Shown one piece after another: positions 1 through 13,975 of a DNA stretch of 64,000 nucleotides (position 1 is its first letter; each line of letters begins with the position of its first letter). The stretch is from Octopus vulgaris (lineage: Eukaryota): assembly GCA_951406725.2 (NCBI GenBank), contig OX597823.1, forward strand, positions 51,894,001 through 51,958,000. The letters are read 5' to 3'. Both the position numbers and the translations under genes were made by a program. The notes beneath the pieces were generated by a model. It was not told the origin of the DNA and searched no databases. It worked only from the letters and a program-made list of their open reading frames with translations.

Positions 1-469
1 TCCAGTTTGCTCAAGACATCATCAGGAGGAACCACGTCCGGTTTCGGCCCCTACTCCTCTACCGTTTTGACATGGCAGGGCTCACCCCCTTTTGGAGGTG
101 TCTTCAGCTCTGGTGTTGGTTGCATGTCTTCTTTTTTCTTCTTTCTTCTGTTCCCTGGCCTCTTCGATGAAACACGGTTGAAATTCCTTCCTTCTATTCA
201 GCTGGACCATCTTAGCCATTTGATTTTTAAAAATCTTAATATATTTTTATAATTAAATATTATTAAAAACTGTATTTTAAAAAATTCTTAAAATATTTTA
301 TGTATTGTAGAAGTAAAAGGGTAAAGAGCAAAGACCCCCTTCAGTCACGAATGACCATAGGATTGCACCTAGAAAGTTCCTCTCTGAGGCACAAGTCTGG
401 ACAACCGGAGAAGGTTGTTTATGGAAGACCAGCAGCTGTCCATGCATACCAGCCTCCCTCCTCCACATC

Positions 470-720
470 ACCAGTGGCATGTAAACAGCACCAACTGATC
501 GTGGCCGTTGCCAGCCTTCCCTGGCATCTATGCCAGTGGCACATAAAAAGCGCCCACTACACTCACAGAGTGATTGGCGTTAGGAAGGGCATCCAGCTAA
601 AAAAACACTGCCAGATCAGACTGGAGCCTGGTGCAGCCTCCTGGCTTCCAAGATCCCAGTCAAACTGTCCAACCCATGCTAGCATAGAAAATGGACGTTA
701 AACGATGATGATGATGATGA
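470..720 (+). mobile_element. 3' end of LINE/SINE family with (GAT)n tail (RTE-like tail)
   Basis: AAAAGCxCCCACTACACTC..GAGTG.TTGGCGTTAGGAAGGGCATCCAGCT...CCAACCCATGCTAGCAT.GAAA..GGACGTTAAACGATGATGAT. Homologous copies at about 7798-8180(-), 17368-17572, 29330-29640, 32270-32530 and 39770-40048. Confidence 0.7.
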
Positions 721-959
721 ATAATATGCATATATGAGCTCGGAAACCATTACTGCTTAACTGATATCTCATGTTTTCCTTGTTTGCAGGGAATCCAAGA
801 CCAACTTATCTAATGTGTGCATTTAGAAAGTGTTGCATATTTTGAGGGAGATTTAGCTACTATTTACTAACAGGCCAAACACCCACAGAGAAGCTCTCTT
901 TTATAGTAATAATAAGAATGAGTTGGGATTATAGTAGCAGTAGTAGATATACTAATAAT

Positions 960-2298
960 GGTCATTCCTGGTACCTGTAGCAATGGTGCAAGACTAGGTG
1001 TTGCAATGGCAACAAACAACAACTCAATGAAGGTGGTAGTAACCAGTGATGCCAGCGGTTAGGATGGAGATGCACACGACGGCATGATGGCACAATGGTG
1101 GTGACAGTAGCTAGTGGAACTGGAGGTTGTAGTGGAAATGTATACAAAGGGGTTTGTAGTGGCTAATGGTGAAAATGTATGACTGTAGGGGCTACAATGA
1201 CAAGGAATACAATAGCAGTGTTGTACTTGATGGTTGTAGTGGTAATAGTACTTGCGGTTGCAGTGTCTAGAGAGGTGGCGATGGGATTAGTAACATCAGC
1301 AATGGTAAGGAATGGTAGTGGTGGTGATGGCGATGATGGCAATGGTGGTGGTGTTAGTATTCCTGGTGTTAGTATAGCTGTTTTTGATGGTGCCGTTAAT
1401 TAGTGGCCACAGAGGTAGCAGTGGTGGTGGTGGTGGTGGTGGTGGTAGTGGCGATGGTGGTGGTGGTAATGGTGATTCTTGCTGTTTTATCATAACTACT
1501 GTTTGATGATCACAAGTAATGATGGTGGTGGTAGGAGGTGTTAGCTGAAAAATAAATAGTGATGCTGTTGGTGCTAGCAGATAAATGGTAAGATTGGTGG
1601 TAGGCAGCAGAGGCAGTGATGTTGGTGATGGTGATAATAATATTCATATTATGTTTGTTGTGATAACTAATGTTTGCTGGTTGTAGTGAAGATGTTAGCA
1701 GGTGATGGCGATGACGGTGTCGATGTGGGGTTGAAGAAGGTGACGGTGTTAGCAGCTGATGGTGGTGGTCATGGAAAGGTTGGGGTTTGTGGTGTTGCTG
1801 ATGTGTTTGTTGCAAAACTAATGTCTGGTGGGGAGCTGTAGATGAGGTTAGTAAGAGTGGTATTCTAATTGAAAATATCAAAGTGATGAAAGATGAAATG
1901 GAATCAGATGCAAAACAAAGCAGGGCAAAGAAAGATTGGCTATTATTGTTTCTGTTGTTGTTGTTGTTGTTGTGGCTGTATGTAGCAATGTTGTTGTTGT
2001 TGTTGTTGTTGTTGTTTTTGGTAGGAATGGTTGGGCGAGAATGGTTGCTTTTGTTTTCCCTATGTATCTCTGAAATTTTCCAAAACACCATTATAAAGCT
2101 AGACAGCAGAGTTGTACCTAATTCTCAAGTTAATGTGACTTTGTGGACAAATCTTACAGCTGCCCATCCCATTGTTGTCCTCTTCACACTTAGACACTGT
2201 GCTAACTCAAATGACTGATGTTTCCTCAACAACAACAACAACAACAACAACAACTGCTACAATAGCAATTCTTTCCCATCTTTCCAATGAAAGCAGCA

Positions 2299-2334
<36 letters not shown>

Positions 2335-2370
2335 AAGAAAGACAGAAAGAGAGAGAGAGAGAGTGAGATA
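960..2370. repeat. Low-complexity (GGT/GAT/GTT)n, (CAA)n and (GA)n region
   Basis: Degenerate trinucleotide runs; the ORFs here are homopolymer translations. Confidence 0.8.
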
Positions 2371-2625
2371 GAGGTGTTGTCAGGGTACAAAATATCACAA
2401 TACGATGACCAGTAGACAAAAAAAAAATCTAGTTAAATATTTATGAAATGTATAATTTCTTGCATAATTCTCGCTAACAATCAATGCAAAGCAAACTCTC
2501 TAAAGTTTTGCACTACATAATAATAATTTCATTAAGATAATCAGATAACATTATTTTGCTGAAGGAAAAAAAAAAATTATTGCACTTAGTTAAAGAAATA
2601 AATGTTTGTATCTTTCTTTTACTCT

Positions 2626-2828
2626 CTTTTATTTGTTTCAGTCATTTGACTGTAGCCATGCTGGAGCACTGCCTTTAGTTGAGCAAATCGACCCCAGGAC
2701 TTATTCTTTGCAAGCCAAGTACTTATTCTATCGGTCTCTTTTGCTGAACTGCTAAGTTACAGGGACGTAAACACACCAGCATCGGTTGTCAAGCGATGTT
2801 GGGGTGTCAAACACAAACACACTAACAT

Positions 2829-2869
<41 letters not shown>

Positions 2870-3023
2870 CAAAGGGCTTCTTTCAGTTTCCATCTACCAA
2901 ATCCACTCACAAGGCTTTCGTCGACCTGAGGCTATAGTAGAAGACACTTGCCCAAGGTGCCACGCTGTGGGACTGAACCCGGAACCATGTGGTTGGTAAG
3001 CAAGCTACTTACCACACAGCCAC
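2626..3023 (-). mobile_element. tRNA-derived SINE, family A
   Basis: Reverse complement of head GTGGCTGTGTGGTAAG..GGTTCCGGGTTCAGTCCC (A/B boxes), internal (CA/TA)n and tail ending AAATGACTGAAACAA. Multiple copies in the window. Confidence 0.85.
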
Positions 3024-3597
3024 TGGCCGTATTTTGTTTGACTGTTCATCCTTGTCCATTGTCTTCAATCACACTCTGTATTGTTTTACGTGTTTTGTTT
3101 TGTTTTGTTTGTTTTTTTGATCTTGTCCCTAGTTATCCACAAAAACATTTTTTGCAGGCACCTCCAATTGGGAAGCTCCCAGTCTTATCATTAAAGGTAC
3201 AGAACTGAACAGTACCAGTTAATCGATAACTGATGAAGAATTACGGATCTGTTTTTATCCCACTCGTTTTTACATTCAATATATGTTACATCATTTGTTT
3301 ATACATTTTTTCATTTATATATATATATACATGTGTGGTGTGTGTCAGTTCAAAATAAATGAACAATAAAATTAACACACAACACACAAGGGAACATGCA
3401 CAAGGAATGTATCAGTTTGATGCTCAGTAAAAGGAGAGAGTTTTTGACGTTTCAAGCATATCTCTTCATATACAACAGGATTCTTATAGTTTCTACTAAA
3501 TCCAGTCACAAAACTTTGGTTGGCTTGTGACTATGGTAGAAGACACCTGCCCAAGAAACCACACAATAGGACTGAACTTGGAACTACGTTGTTGTTC

Positions 3598-3865
3598 CTT
3601 CTCGAGCCATGCTTGGCTCATAAGGGCCAGTTTCCCGGTTTCCTTGGCATATAGGTTCCCCACGGGATGCCAGTCCATCGCAGGGGAGCTGCAAGATGCA
3701 GGAGGAAAGAGTGAGGGAAAATTGTGGCAAAAGAGTCAGCAGAAGTTTGCCTTTACCTTCTGCCGGAGCCGCATGGAGCTTAGGTGTTTCGCTCATAAAC
3801 ACACACATGACCTGGTCTGAGATTCGAACCCGCGATCCCTCGACCGAGAATCTGCTACTCTAACC
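3598..3865 (-). mobile_element. tRNA-derived SINE (family C-like) nested in a family A fragment
   Basis: Minus strand reads TGGTTAGAGTAGCAG...GGGTTCGAATCTC (tRNA A/B boxes); tail related to 25842-26070. Confidence 0.65.
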
Positions 3866-4099
3866 ATGTTGTTGGAAAGCAAACTTCTAATCACGCAGCC
3901 ACTTCTGCACCTATAGTTAACTTTTATTAGTAGGAATGATAGAAGGGAAAATTTTATTGAGTAAAAATAAAAGTTTCAAACTATTTAAGCTTCCAAACAT
4001 TGGTATATTTCTTTCTGGAATAATTATGTTTAGGGTTTGTCGAATGAAATTTGTTTCAATTCCAACCAACATTTATCAGAAATCTGTATATTTTTACTT

Positions 4100-4325
4100 C
4101 CGGCAATGGAGTAAGCTGACAGAGTTGATAGCATACCAGACAAAATGATCAGTGGCATTACATCTGTATTTATGTTATGAGTTCAAATTCCACTGAAGCC
4201 AACTTTGCCTTTCGTTTTTTCCAGGATCAATAAAATAAATGCCAGTTAAGTACTGGAGTTTATGTAATTGTCTAGATCCCTTTCCCCAAAAATTTCAGAC
4301 TTTGTGCCTATAGCAGACAGGGTTA
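4100..4325 (+). mobile_element. SINE family B (diverged)
   Basis: AAGCTG.CAGA...GAGTTCAAATTCC...AACTTTGCCTTTC...ATAAAATAA.T.CCAGTT, shared with many other copies. Confidence 0.7.
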
Positions 4326-5102
4326 TTACTTCTTGTGTTCAACCAGGAAGTGGCAGAGGTAACGTTTTTTTCATACGTATGTTGGTTTAGTGGTTTCCCC
4401 TTAAGATTTAGGGAACATGTCATTAACTTTAACTTATGTCTCCTTTGAATTATTGATGTGAAGACATAAATAATTTAAAGTGATAACATATTTAACTGCT
4501 TGTTCATAGATCATGGGATCTAATCTCAGTACATTTAGTACTTAATTTTCTTTTGAGCGGAACTTGACTGTTAAGCATACTCATCTGACAATGTTATCTG
4601 TTATAGATCTGTAACAATGCCTAGACTATACTTCAGTGATGATATCTAAACAAGGCAAAATATGCTTGAAATTCTCATTGTAGTCTTAAGGCTCAAACTC
4701 ATTCATTATTGCATTCCATATTTAATTAATTTTAATTTACTTTTCAGGCTTGTCTATCTCTGATTTCCCTCTTTCCTCAAACTAGTCATTAAAATGCTAA
4801 GTGATCTCATCTCTAAAGATGTAATTATAACAAAAATTACTTGAGCTTATTATAGTAAGTATGCTTTCATTTACTTAACTGGTAACTTTTCACACAGAAG
4901 ACAACCCTACTTGTTTAACTCTGTCATTCTTCTATCTGAACTATACTTCCATCCTTTTCTTAAGAGAAATCATTATACATATTTTACAGAACAAAGCATC
5001 ATGTAATAAGAAATTAAAATGAGAAAAGAAAAGAAATTATCTCCTGAACATCATTAGCTTACAGCAGTTTCTGCTATAAGATGCAATACACTGTGTGTGT
5101 AC

Positions 5103-5133
<31 letters not shown>

Positions 5134-5159
5134 CATATATATGTGTGTGTGTGTATGTT

Positions 5160-6991
5160 TGTGGTGTTATGAGCCAGGCTGTGTTGTAGGGAAGGACTGG
5201 AAGTGAGGGAGTAGGTATGTCCTGTTGGAAGTGGGGCCTGTGGGTCTCAGTAGAAGGGCCGTAGTGGGCATGTGGGTTCAGAGAGGTGTGGAGCAGTCAG
5301 TTGGCGGTGGACAGTGCATCAGAGCAGACATGTTAGACAGATAGTGCACACGGATGTTGAGTGAATCTTGCAGAGTGAGAACATGGACGTTGAAAGCGAT
5401 CCTTTTCCGGACTAACAGATAAGACTACCACAATTCTTTCTTTGCGTCCGTCTTTTTCCTCTTTCACATCACAAGCTATTTCAGTGCAAAAGAAAAAAAA
5501 AGTAAATAAAAATGATGCGTATTGTCCATGTTTTGAATGAGACGATTAGGCCATTTTGTAATGAGGGAGATGTCACTGCTTGGCTGCAAAAAATTAAGTT
5601 GATGGCAAGACTCCAAGGTATAGATGACCTAGCAGGTTTCATATTGTTGTACTTTGATGGATTAGCATTGGTGTTATACCTCGAAATAGAGAAGAACCAG
5701 TTGAGCACAGAAATAATAGAAGGCTGCCTGATGGAGGTTTTCACAGAAGGGCCATTTATGGCATATGGTTGACTGGGGAAAACGAAGTGGGGGTGGACAG
5801 GACCCTGTTCCTAGCCAGGAAAGTTGACTCGGATGTGACCAAGCAGAGTGTGCAAAGAGTAGTTGTGACAGGTGCCAGTCCATTGACCCTGCACCAAGTG
5901 TGCATGAGACAGGAAGCATTCCAGTAGAATACAACTGGAAATGGCTGGCAGTGGACGTGACGCACTACTGGCAGAAGACATACCTCTCGATGGTCGACTG
6001 CAGAGCAGGGTGGTTGGCCATATGGAGAGAGATGAAGACGAGGACCGTGGAGGAAATCACAAGAATACTGAATGAGATATTCCTAGAATGAGGCCCCTTG
6101 GATGAGCTGCTTATAGACAATAGCACTGCATTTCACTCAGAGGTGCTAGGGGAAATGCTCGACAAGTGGCATGTAAACTGTTTCTTCAGGGCAGCATATC
6201 AGCCAAGTGGTAATGGGGTTGTGAAGAGGCCTCATCGCACCATAAAGACCATAGCAGAGAGGGGCCACATCTCACCGGTTGAGACCATTTTTTGGTATAA
6301 TCTGTTGCCCAGGACAGGACAGGCTGAGGAGTCAGTGCCACACAGGGCAATATTCAAGTACGAGTTGAGGCATCTATGTACTGCATTGCTGCATCCCACA
6401 GAAGAGAAAGAGCATGCCTTTGTGCAGGTCAGGGAAGGAGTTTGGTTAAACTCCCAAATGCGTGGTGCACACCACAGTGGGGAAAGGGAATGATATAACC
6501 TCTGTAAATTCAAGAAACAATGTGTCCATAGATGGCATGTCACGTCATGTTTCGGATGTGCGCAGGATCATCACTGCAATGGAGGATGGAACCAATAGTA
6601 ATGGACAAAAGGATGAAGTTGGCAGCAACATGCCAGGAACTGTAGCAGTCCTGAAGTCCCACAGCAGTCACAGAGGGAGCGGTGCCCTCCTCACTTGTTG
6701 GCTGATTATGAGACAAGTTAAGGCATGTGGCCAAGGTTGAGGAAAGGGTGTGGGCAGGTTGGTTGAATGATCTTCAGATCAGTGGGGCATGTGGTGTTAT
6801 GAGCCAGGTTGTGTTGTAGGGAAGGGCCGGAAGTGAGGGAGTAGGCATGTCCAGCACATCAGAGTAGACATGTTAGACTGTACAGTGATGGATAGCACAT
6901 GTGGACATTGAAAGTGACCCTTTTCTGGACCGCCAGGTAAGGCTACCACAATCTTCTCTTTGCTTCCGGCCTTTTCCTCATTCACATTACA
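5160..6991 (+). mobile_element. Internally deleted Ty3/Gypsy LTR retrotransposon
   Basis: TG...CA LTRs at 5160-5473 and 6790-6991 (TGTGGTGTTATGAGCCAGG...TTCACAT(C/T)ACA); purine-rich stretch before the 3' LTR; gag-like and integrase remnants inside; no RT or RNase H seen. Confidence 0.85.
5512..6493 (+). pseudogene. Gypsy gag fragment plus disrupted integrase (rve)
   Basis: GDVTAWLQKIKLMARLQ (gag-like); LAVDVTH...LSMVDC, LLIDNSTAF.S and FRAAYQPSGNGVVKRPHRTIK match a DDE integrase core with stops and frameshifts. Confidence 0.8.
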
Positions 6992-8250
6992 ATATATATA
7001 TGCTATAGTTGTTTCTACAAGCTTGATAAATGATGAAATAAATAGATATTTCAGCTAGGAGACCCTAAGTAGTGTATTTCACAAGGCTTTTTGTGGTTTT
7101 TTTGTATGAATATTGATAATAATAGTAATAATAATAATAGTAGCAGTTTATTGGTGCCAAAGTAGTTGGTGCTTTGTAAATTTAACAAATGATTAGAAAG
7201 GTTCTACTGAAAGAAAATCTACCACAAGGTACTTGGCAGGGTGTCTAGATATTTCCATGACTATTCACATTGTCAGCTATTGTTGAACTAAAGACATTTA
7301 TTCATTTAGACAAACAATATGTATAACAGTTGTAGACATGATGAAGTCTTTGTATATTAATTTACCAGAAACAGATTTATGAACAAAGCCATAAAGAATT
7401 AGCTGTCTTAGAGTGGAAGTGGAAATCTTCTTCAGAATTCTTTACAGGTATGACTATATTAAGATGGGATAGAATACCTTGTAGTATTTATTCTTGTTTT
7501 TTGCACTCTGTGTTTTAATTACACTGACATCAACTTAGCCTTTTATTTGATTTATTTTAGGCCAGAAAATAAAGTACCAGCAAATAGTAAAATTGAATAT
7601 TCTCTTCAATCTCATTGAATTGACAACAGCAGACAAAGATAGTGTGTTGTGTAAAAAAGCAAAAAAAAAAACACTCAATAGAAATCAACAGGAAACCAAC
7701 TTTGTGTTATCCCATGAACATTCCATAATATGTACATACTACTTATCAAGAGTGTTACCAGTGATTGCTAATCAATCTGAGGGTTCAAGGAAGGATATCA
7801 TCATCATCATTGTTTAACATCCGCTTTCCATGCTAGCATGGGTTGGACGATTTTGACTGAGAGCTGGTGAACCAGATGGCTGCACCAGGCTCCAGTCTTG
7901 ATTTGGCAGAGTTTCTACAGCTGGCTGCCCTTCCTAATGCCAACCACTCCGAGAGTGTAGTGGGTGCTTTTTACGTGCCCCCAGCACGGGGGCCAGTCAG
8001 GCAGTACTGGCAACGACCTCGCTCAAATCCTTTTATACATGCCACCAGCACAGGTGCCAGAAGGCGACTTTGGTAATGATCACGCTCAAATGGTACCCTT
8101 TTACGTGCCCACTGGCACGGAAGCCAGTTAGCTGCTCTGGCAACGATCATGCTCAGATGGTGCTCTTGGCACCCTACTAGATATATATATATATAACCCA
8201 TGCTAGCATGGAAAACGGACGCTAAACGATGATGATGATGATGATGATGA

Positions 8251-8296
<46 letters not shown>

Positions 8297-8344
8297 AAAA
8301 AAGTCAAGGTAGAAAATGCTAAAATAATTTTATAAAAAACATTT

Positions 8345-8380
8345 CAGTACAGGTTTCAGTCATTGAGACTTTTTCAACTG
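8345..8380 (-). ncRNA. Minimal type I hammerhead-like motif with U3-A8 core (PLE pLTR relic)
   Basis: CAG-TTGAAAA-AGTC tcaat GACT-GAAA-CCTG-TA-CTG, next to a (TA)n tract. Confidence 0.6.
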
Positions 8381-9003
8381 TAAGTATGGAAAACAATTAA
8401 ATTTAGAAAAATTAAAAGAAAAGTTTTTATAAAAGAGAATATTTGTTTAGTGTTCAAATACAAGTGACATTTTCCTTGTTTCTGCCTGTCTCTGTCTCTC
8501 TTGTTTACTCTTGGGATATGTATGTACAATGATCTGCGTGATAACTTTATAATGTGAAGGAGTAGTCCTGCCATATATTAGCATATGGTGGCCAATAACC
8601 ATATAGGACATGTATGTATGTATGTATGTATGTATGTATCTCTTTTGTTTTTAATGATTTAAATTCTTACTCTGAAGAAGGAGCTGATTTCTAACAAAGA
8701 TAAAAAGCTCCATCTTTGGAAAGTAGATAACGAAAACGATGTCACATTTTAAACCCGAGAAAATTCTTGCGTAGTTTTACTGTTCTTCTTACAGTTTGTA
8801 TTTGTAAGGTGTAAGTCGGTTGATTTCTTTTTCTGAAAATCCAAGATTATCCAGACTGACAGTTAGGCATTTACTTATAAAACCAAGTGCTTCATCCAGT
8901 TATAGAAGCTGAAGGTTTTGAAGCAGTTGTCCATTGTTATAGTATTTCTCTTAGATTTTCAGAGATATTCATATCAGCTGGACAGCTGACTTCTGTCTGT
9001 CTG

Positions 9004-9077
<74 letters not shown>

Positions 9078-10899
9078 CCTACCTACCTACCTACCTACCT
9101 ACATACCTACCTACCTACCTATCTACATACCTGCCTGCCTGCCTGCCTGTCTGTCCGTCTGCCTGTCTATGCATGTATGAATGTATTTATGTATGTATGT
9201 ATGTACGTATGTATGTATGTCCAACCCAATGCAGTTTAGAAATATTGATGTTAAAATGATGACAATAATGATATATATTTTTTTAAGATGGTTGTTGTGG
9301 GGATCACATTTAAAGTAATTTAGCTGCTGTTTTTAGCTGGTTATGAGAGCACATAGAGGCTGTCTTGCTCACTCTATTACAGATGGTGGTACTGCAATCT
9401 TTGAAGTATAGACTCTAAGTGATCTGGGTACTTATAATGTTGGTTTCTTAATTCAAACCAAAATTTAGATATTCTCTTGAAGAATGACTATTATCATCTC
9501 TTCTATGTCAAAGGTCTACAAGTAAAATGATGTGTTTCATAAGTTGATTTTTCAGATATGGTAATATTATTTTACCATATTTACCAGTAGATTATTATTA
9601 ATTACTAATCATTTTGTTAACTAAACAATGTAATTAATTACTAAATTTGAGTACCAAGTGTTTTATTAAACCACATTTCATAAAAAGGGTGAAGCTGTTA
9701 TAAGCCCATTTAGATTGTTGAAAGAGTTAAGACTTAGAAACCTTATAGTACAATAGAATAAATTTGTTTGAAGTGAGATTTTCCTGATTAATAAGTTCAG
9801 AGTGTTATATTAAATTCACAAGTATTTTGTAATGAACATGGATAAATTACTTAAATCTATTCACCTGCTTAGAGCAAACAGGAACTAAATTAATATGTTC
9901 ACTTATCAAATGATACTGCCAAAGGAAGTAGCATCCTGTACTGAAGAGTAAATGCAAATGTTCAGGATTAGTGAGTCACATGACCCAATAAACCATGGAG
10001 TTCAAAAGGTCACCAGTTTCTGTATTATGCCTATGGTAACAATATTAGAGGAAGAGTATTCATGTGGTTGCTTTACTTGTTAGAAATAGTAGCTAAGTTC
10101 CCTCAAAATAAAGAATGGATTTGGGAATTTAGCCCTTGATTTCTCGAAAAGTAAACATGGCACTCAGAGTTGAAACATCACACTCAGAGCTGAAAAATGG
10201 CACTCAGATCATAGTTCAGCTCTCTCAGGTCTGACCAAGGGCTATATAACAACATAGTGAATAAAAAAAATGGAAGCAAAAATATAACAAAAAAATATAT
10301 CAGACTACTTTGAAATTTCTATTAGATATCAACAAAACACATTTTTCATGATTTCACAACATAAAATATATTAAGTCAAACAATTTTGATTTAGAGTTAC
10401 AAATTTGAATACTCAATTCAGGAAAAAATTTTAAGAGAAAAGAATACAGTTATTTCTTTACATTTTCCAAATTCTGCTTTTCCTTACATTTCCCAAATTC
10501 TGTTTTGGGTGTGGAATGCATAAAATATATTCCAATGAAAAAATATCATTTTAAATGAAAGATACATTATGAATTAAGTCTATGCATAGCTACAGTGGTT
10601 ATCATTTTGGTCACAGAGGTAAGAGAATGATTGGTTTTTAGAAACTTAAATGAGTTTCAGATGTCTGGAGTCAAAAGTTTATCAGATTATCTAACATAAA
10701 TTTCACTAGCTAACAACTCAGTGATGTTCTCATAGTTAAAGCACTTAAATATTTGATAAGTCAGTCTATTAATCCTCTTTAGCTCCGAAAATAGCCTTGA
10801 AGGCAATAAGAGAGCCTCGTGGTCACTGGGGTAACATGAAATAGTAGCCAAATTGCACTCATCTTGCACTCTACTACCTTAATCTATTTGAAACAAACC

Positions 10900-12750
10900 T
10901 GCATCAGACGCCTCTGATTCTTCGATATAAAATCTGCTGATGTCATAATTTTATCTTAGAACTGATTTTGTTTAATCATGTTACAAACATCAGTTTATAG
11001 AACCAAATACGTGACAAATTTATTTTTTGCATCCTCTTATTTTTGAAGATGATGATGATGTTAACATCCTTTTATTACTGAGATACATCTTCCTATGTTT
11101 ATATTTCTGTGTTGTAGCACTGAAGCACTATTGTACAGCAGTAGCCACCCACCTTCAAGCCCACTGCAGAAATATTGTCCAATTCCAAAGATTTCCTGTT
11201 TCTTAGCATTTTATTGTCAATACTAATTTCAGTAAAAGCTCAAGGCTCATCAAAGTGAATGATGGACATATCACAAAATTCCTACACGGCAACTAAATTC
11301 ATTGGTTTAGGAGCTGATAAAAGTTTTCTCCAATATACTCTATGATTACTGACTGGAGATGGCCCATATGATTACTTGACTGGTACTGTGAAACAAGTCC
11401 TACTATCTTAGATTGAATGACATCACAAATTGGCATGACATGCATACTACCAATCTGCTTGCATCTGGATTTCTTCAGCTTTTGCAATCCACCAAGTTTC
11501 AGGCTATGCTGAATGAACTGAGCCGAATTCTGAAAAGTGTATCATTGTTATTTTAGAGTTTGACATGAAGAATTGTCCAGAGTTGCTCAGTGGATTTTAT
11601 ATATATCATTCAAAAGCTGACCAATCTTACTATAGTTCTCATCAAGCCAATTCTGATATAATTTTTTTTTTTTAATTTTGAATCTAATAATTATGATAGT
11701 AGCATCATAGAGTGTAGGTCTAAAAGAAGACCATTTATCATCCATGCCAGCTTTTCAGATAATAAATGTTTCAACACTTTCAGTTTGATAATTTTTGCAA
11801 GCATCAGGACACTCAAACTTGTAACAATTGAACCTCTTTATGTTGAGTGTCTTTAATGCCATAAGGAGCACACAGGCAATTTACCTTTGTTTGTATGACA
11901 TCATAGTCTGTTCAACAATCAGCTTCCTTCATTGAATGAAGGAAATGAACACCTTTGAGGTTGATTTATATGATCCCAACATAACCAATAAAATGTCAAT
12001 GTTTGGTTCTGGGAGGCATTCATCAGGTTTTGCATTTATTCCTCTACTGAAAGATGTTGTTGATGAGGGTAAAGTTATGCATAAAATAGAGAGAAGGAAT
12101 TAGTCTTCCCAACACCATGGTTACTGATCACTCATTCCCAGATTTTATAGTTCTTCCTCTGCTTTTACACCAAAATCATCCATTTGGACGACTTTGTCTT
12201 GTTTGGCTGTTTCAGCCAGATTCAAAACTTGAAAGGAACAATTTTTGAAGCAACTATTGGATGACAGAGTTGATGTATAGGCAATCAGTAATATGAAATG
12301 ACAGTTTCCTGGAAAGGAAATGTACTGTGTAGTTACTCAGTATTGCTAACTAGTATCTCAGTCCATTTAGACAGAATACTACTCCTCACTATAAAACAGA
12401 TGCCATTGTGGGCCTTTCAGACCAGCCCTTCCAGAAGAAGGCATAGGCCACATCAACTCCATTAAAAGAAACCTCTTCAGGTATCTTAGTATCACCGAAT
12501 GCAACAATGTTTTCCTTACAGTACCTCATTGTTTATGAGAGCTGTTTGATGTCTGGGCTGGCTTGTTGAGTTGCTGATGCCAGGTGATGTCTGTTTATAA
12601 AATGTGACAAGCCTGAATGGTTTTCCGTATTTATGTTCTTCTATGTAGAATGTTTGGATAGGTACATCTTGTTATGTAAGCATGCATATGTGCATGGGTC
12701 TTGTGAGCGTCTAGTGTAACAGTATTTACAACCCTTTTGCTAACAACTTG
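10900..12750 (-). pseudogene. Heavily decayed DNA-transposon transposase relic (possibly Academ-like)
   Basis: Broken minus-strand peptides PMHI, ETGNLW, FSAT...Y......YL and AD..IEE occur in the order expected for Academ-type transposases; many stops. Confidence 0.3.
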
Positions 12751-13152
12751 AAGCTGCTGCCTAGTGCATCTGTTGAAGTGGGAAGCAGTCTGGTATTTCA
12801 ATCTTCTACAACTTTTCCCAGATTCCTGCTAAACTTCTCCACTGTTACACATGATAAGTGCTTGACAGAGGAGCTCTGAGCAACAGTCTCAGAAATACAG
12901 TATGCAGGTCCAGTCTAGGAAGTACTAGTCACCTTGTCACTAGAGCAGCCTCCTTAATATCAAAGTGAGCAGTAATTTTTTTTACAATAGGACAAAATTT
13001 ATATTATTTGCTCTCAACCAAAGCAAGGCTCTATAACCTCACCACCTCCTCCTGGTCAAAAAGAAAAAAAAAGTATAGAAGGGTCTCTAATAAACCAGCC
13101 TCTCAGTAAAAAAAAAAAACCCAGAAAATAAAAAAACACTCAAATCTTTCTA

Positions 13153-13610
13153 AGGCGACGAGCTGGCAGAATCCTTACCATACCAGGAAAAATGCTTATT
13201 TCATCTGTCTTTACATTCTGAATTCACATTTCACCAAGGTTGATTTTGCCTTTCATCCTTTCAGGATTGATAAAATAAGTACTAGTTGATCACTGGGATT
13301 GATGCAATTGACTTACCCCCATACCCTCAAATTGCTGGCATTGTACCAAAATTTGAAACCAATACTAAAGAGAGTAGCAAGCAGCAAGCTGGCAGAATTA
13401 TTACTGTGGCAGACGAAATGCTTAACAGTATTTCGTCCATCTTTACATACTGAATTCAAATTCCACCAACATCGACTTTGCCTTTCATCCTTTCAGAGTC
13501 AATAAAATAAGTGCAAGTTGAGCACCAGGGTTGATATAATTGACTTACTTCTCCCTAAAACTGCTGGCATTGTGCCTAAATTTGAAGTCTATATTAAAGA
13601 GAGTAGCACA
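13153..13610 (+). mobile_element. Two head-to-tail SINE family B copies
   Basis: Both copies end ...AAATTTGAA...ATA.TAAAGAGAGTAGCA, including the same 3' flank. Confidence 0.75.
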
Positions 13611-13975
13611 GGAAAATGTGCACCTCCAATACTTCAATAAAGCTTTATTACTTTGGTATTTTCTTCCGTATTACAAATATTAGATCATGAATCCCTAAAA
13701 AGTTTGGCAGCAATGGAAAGTCTGCTTATGGGAGCCAGTGTGAATATGCTTGAAGTCTCTAATCAGAATTTTATGCATCGGTTGTGAAAGTCAACACTTG
13801 TTGGCAACTGGGGGTTACATGGTACTACAAGTCTTTCCCTGTGTGATGAACAGCTTTATTTAGGAACCATGCCACGCACCCCAGCACAAGTGATGCCTTG
13901 ACGATGTGGCTGAAAAACCACCCACCCAGCATACTCCTAATGAGATGCCATATCTGTGAAGATAAGATGTTAGAG

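Noticed and set aside
1179-2419. His/Pro/Asn/Leu-rich ORFs
   Set aside because: Translations of degenerate trinucleotide repeats.
8670-8745. CTGAAGA...CGAAA hammerhead-like string (similar partial strings near 3229, 15410 and 36520)
   Set aside because: All three helices could not be assembled around the core.
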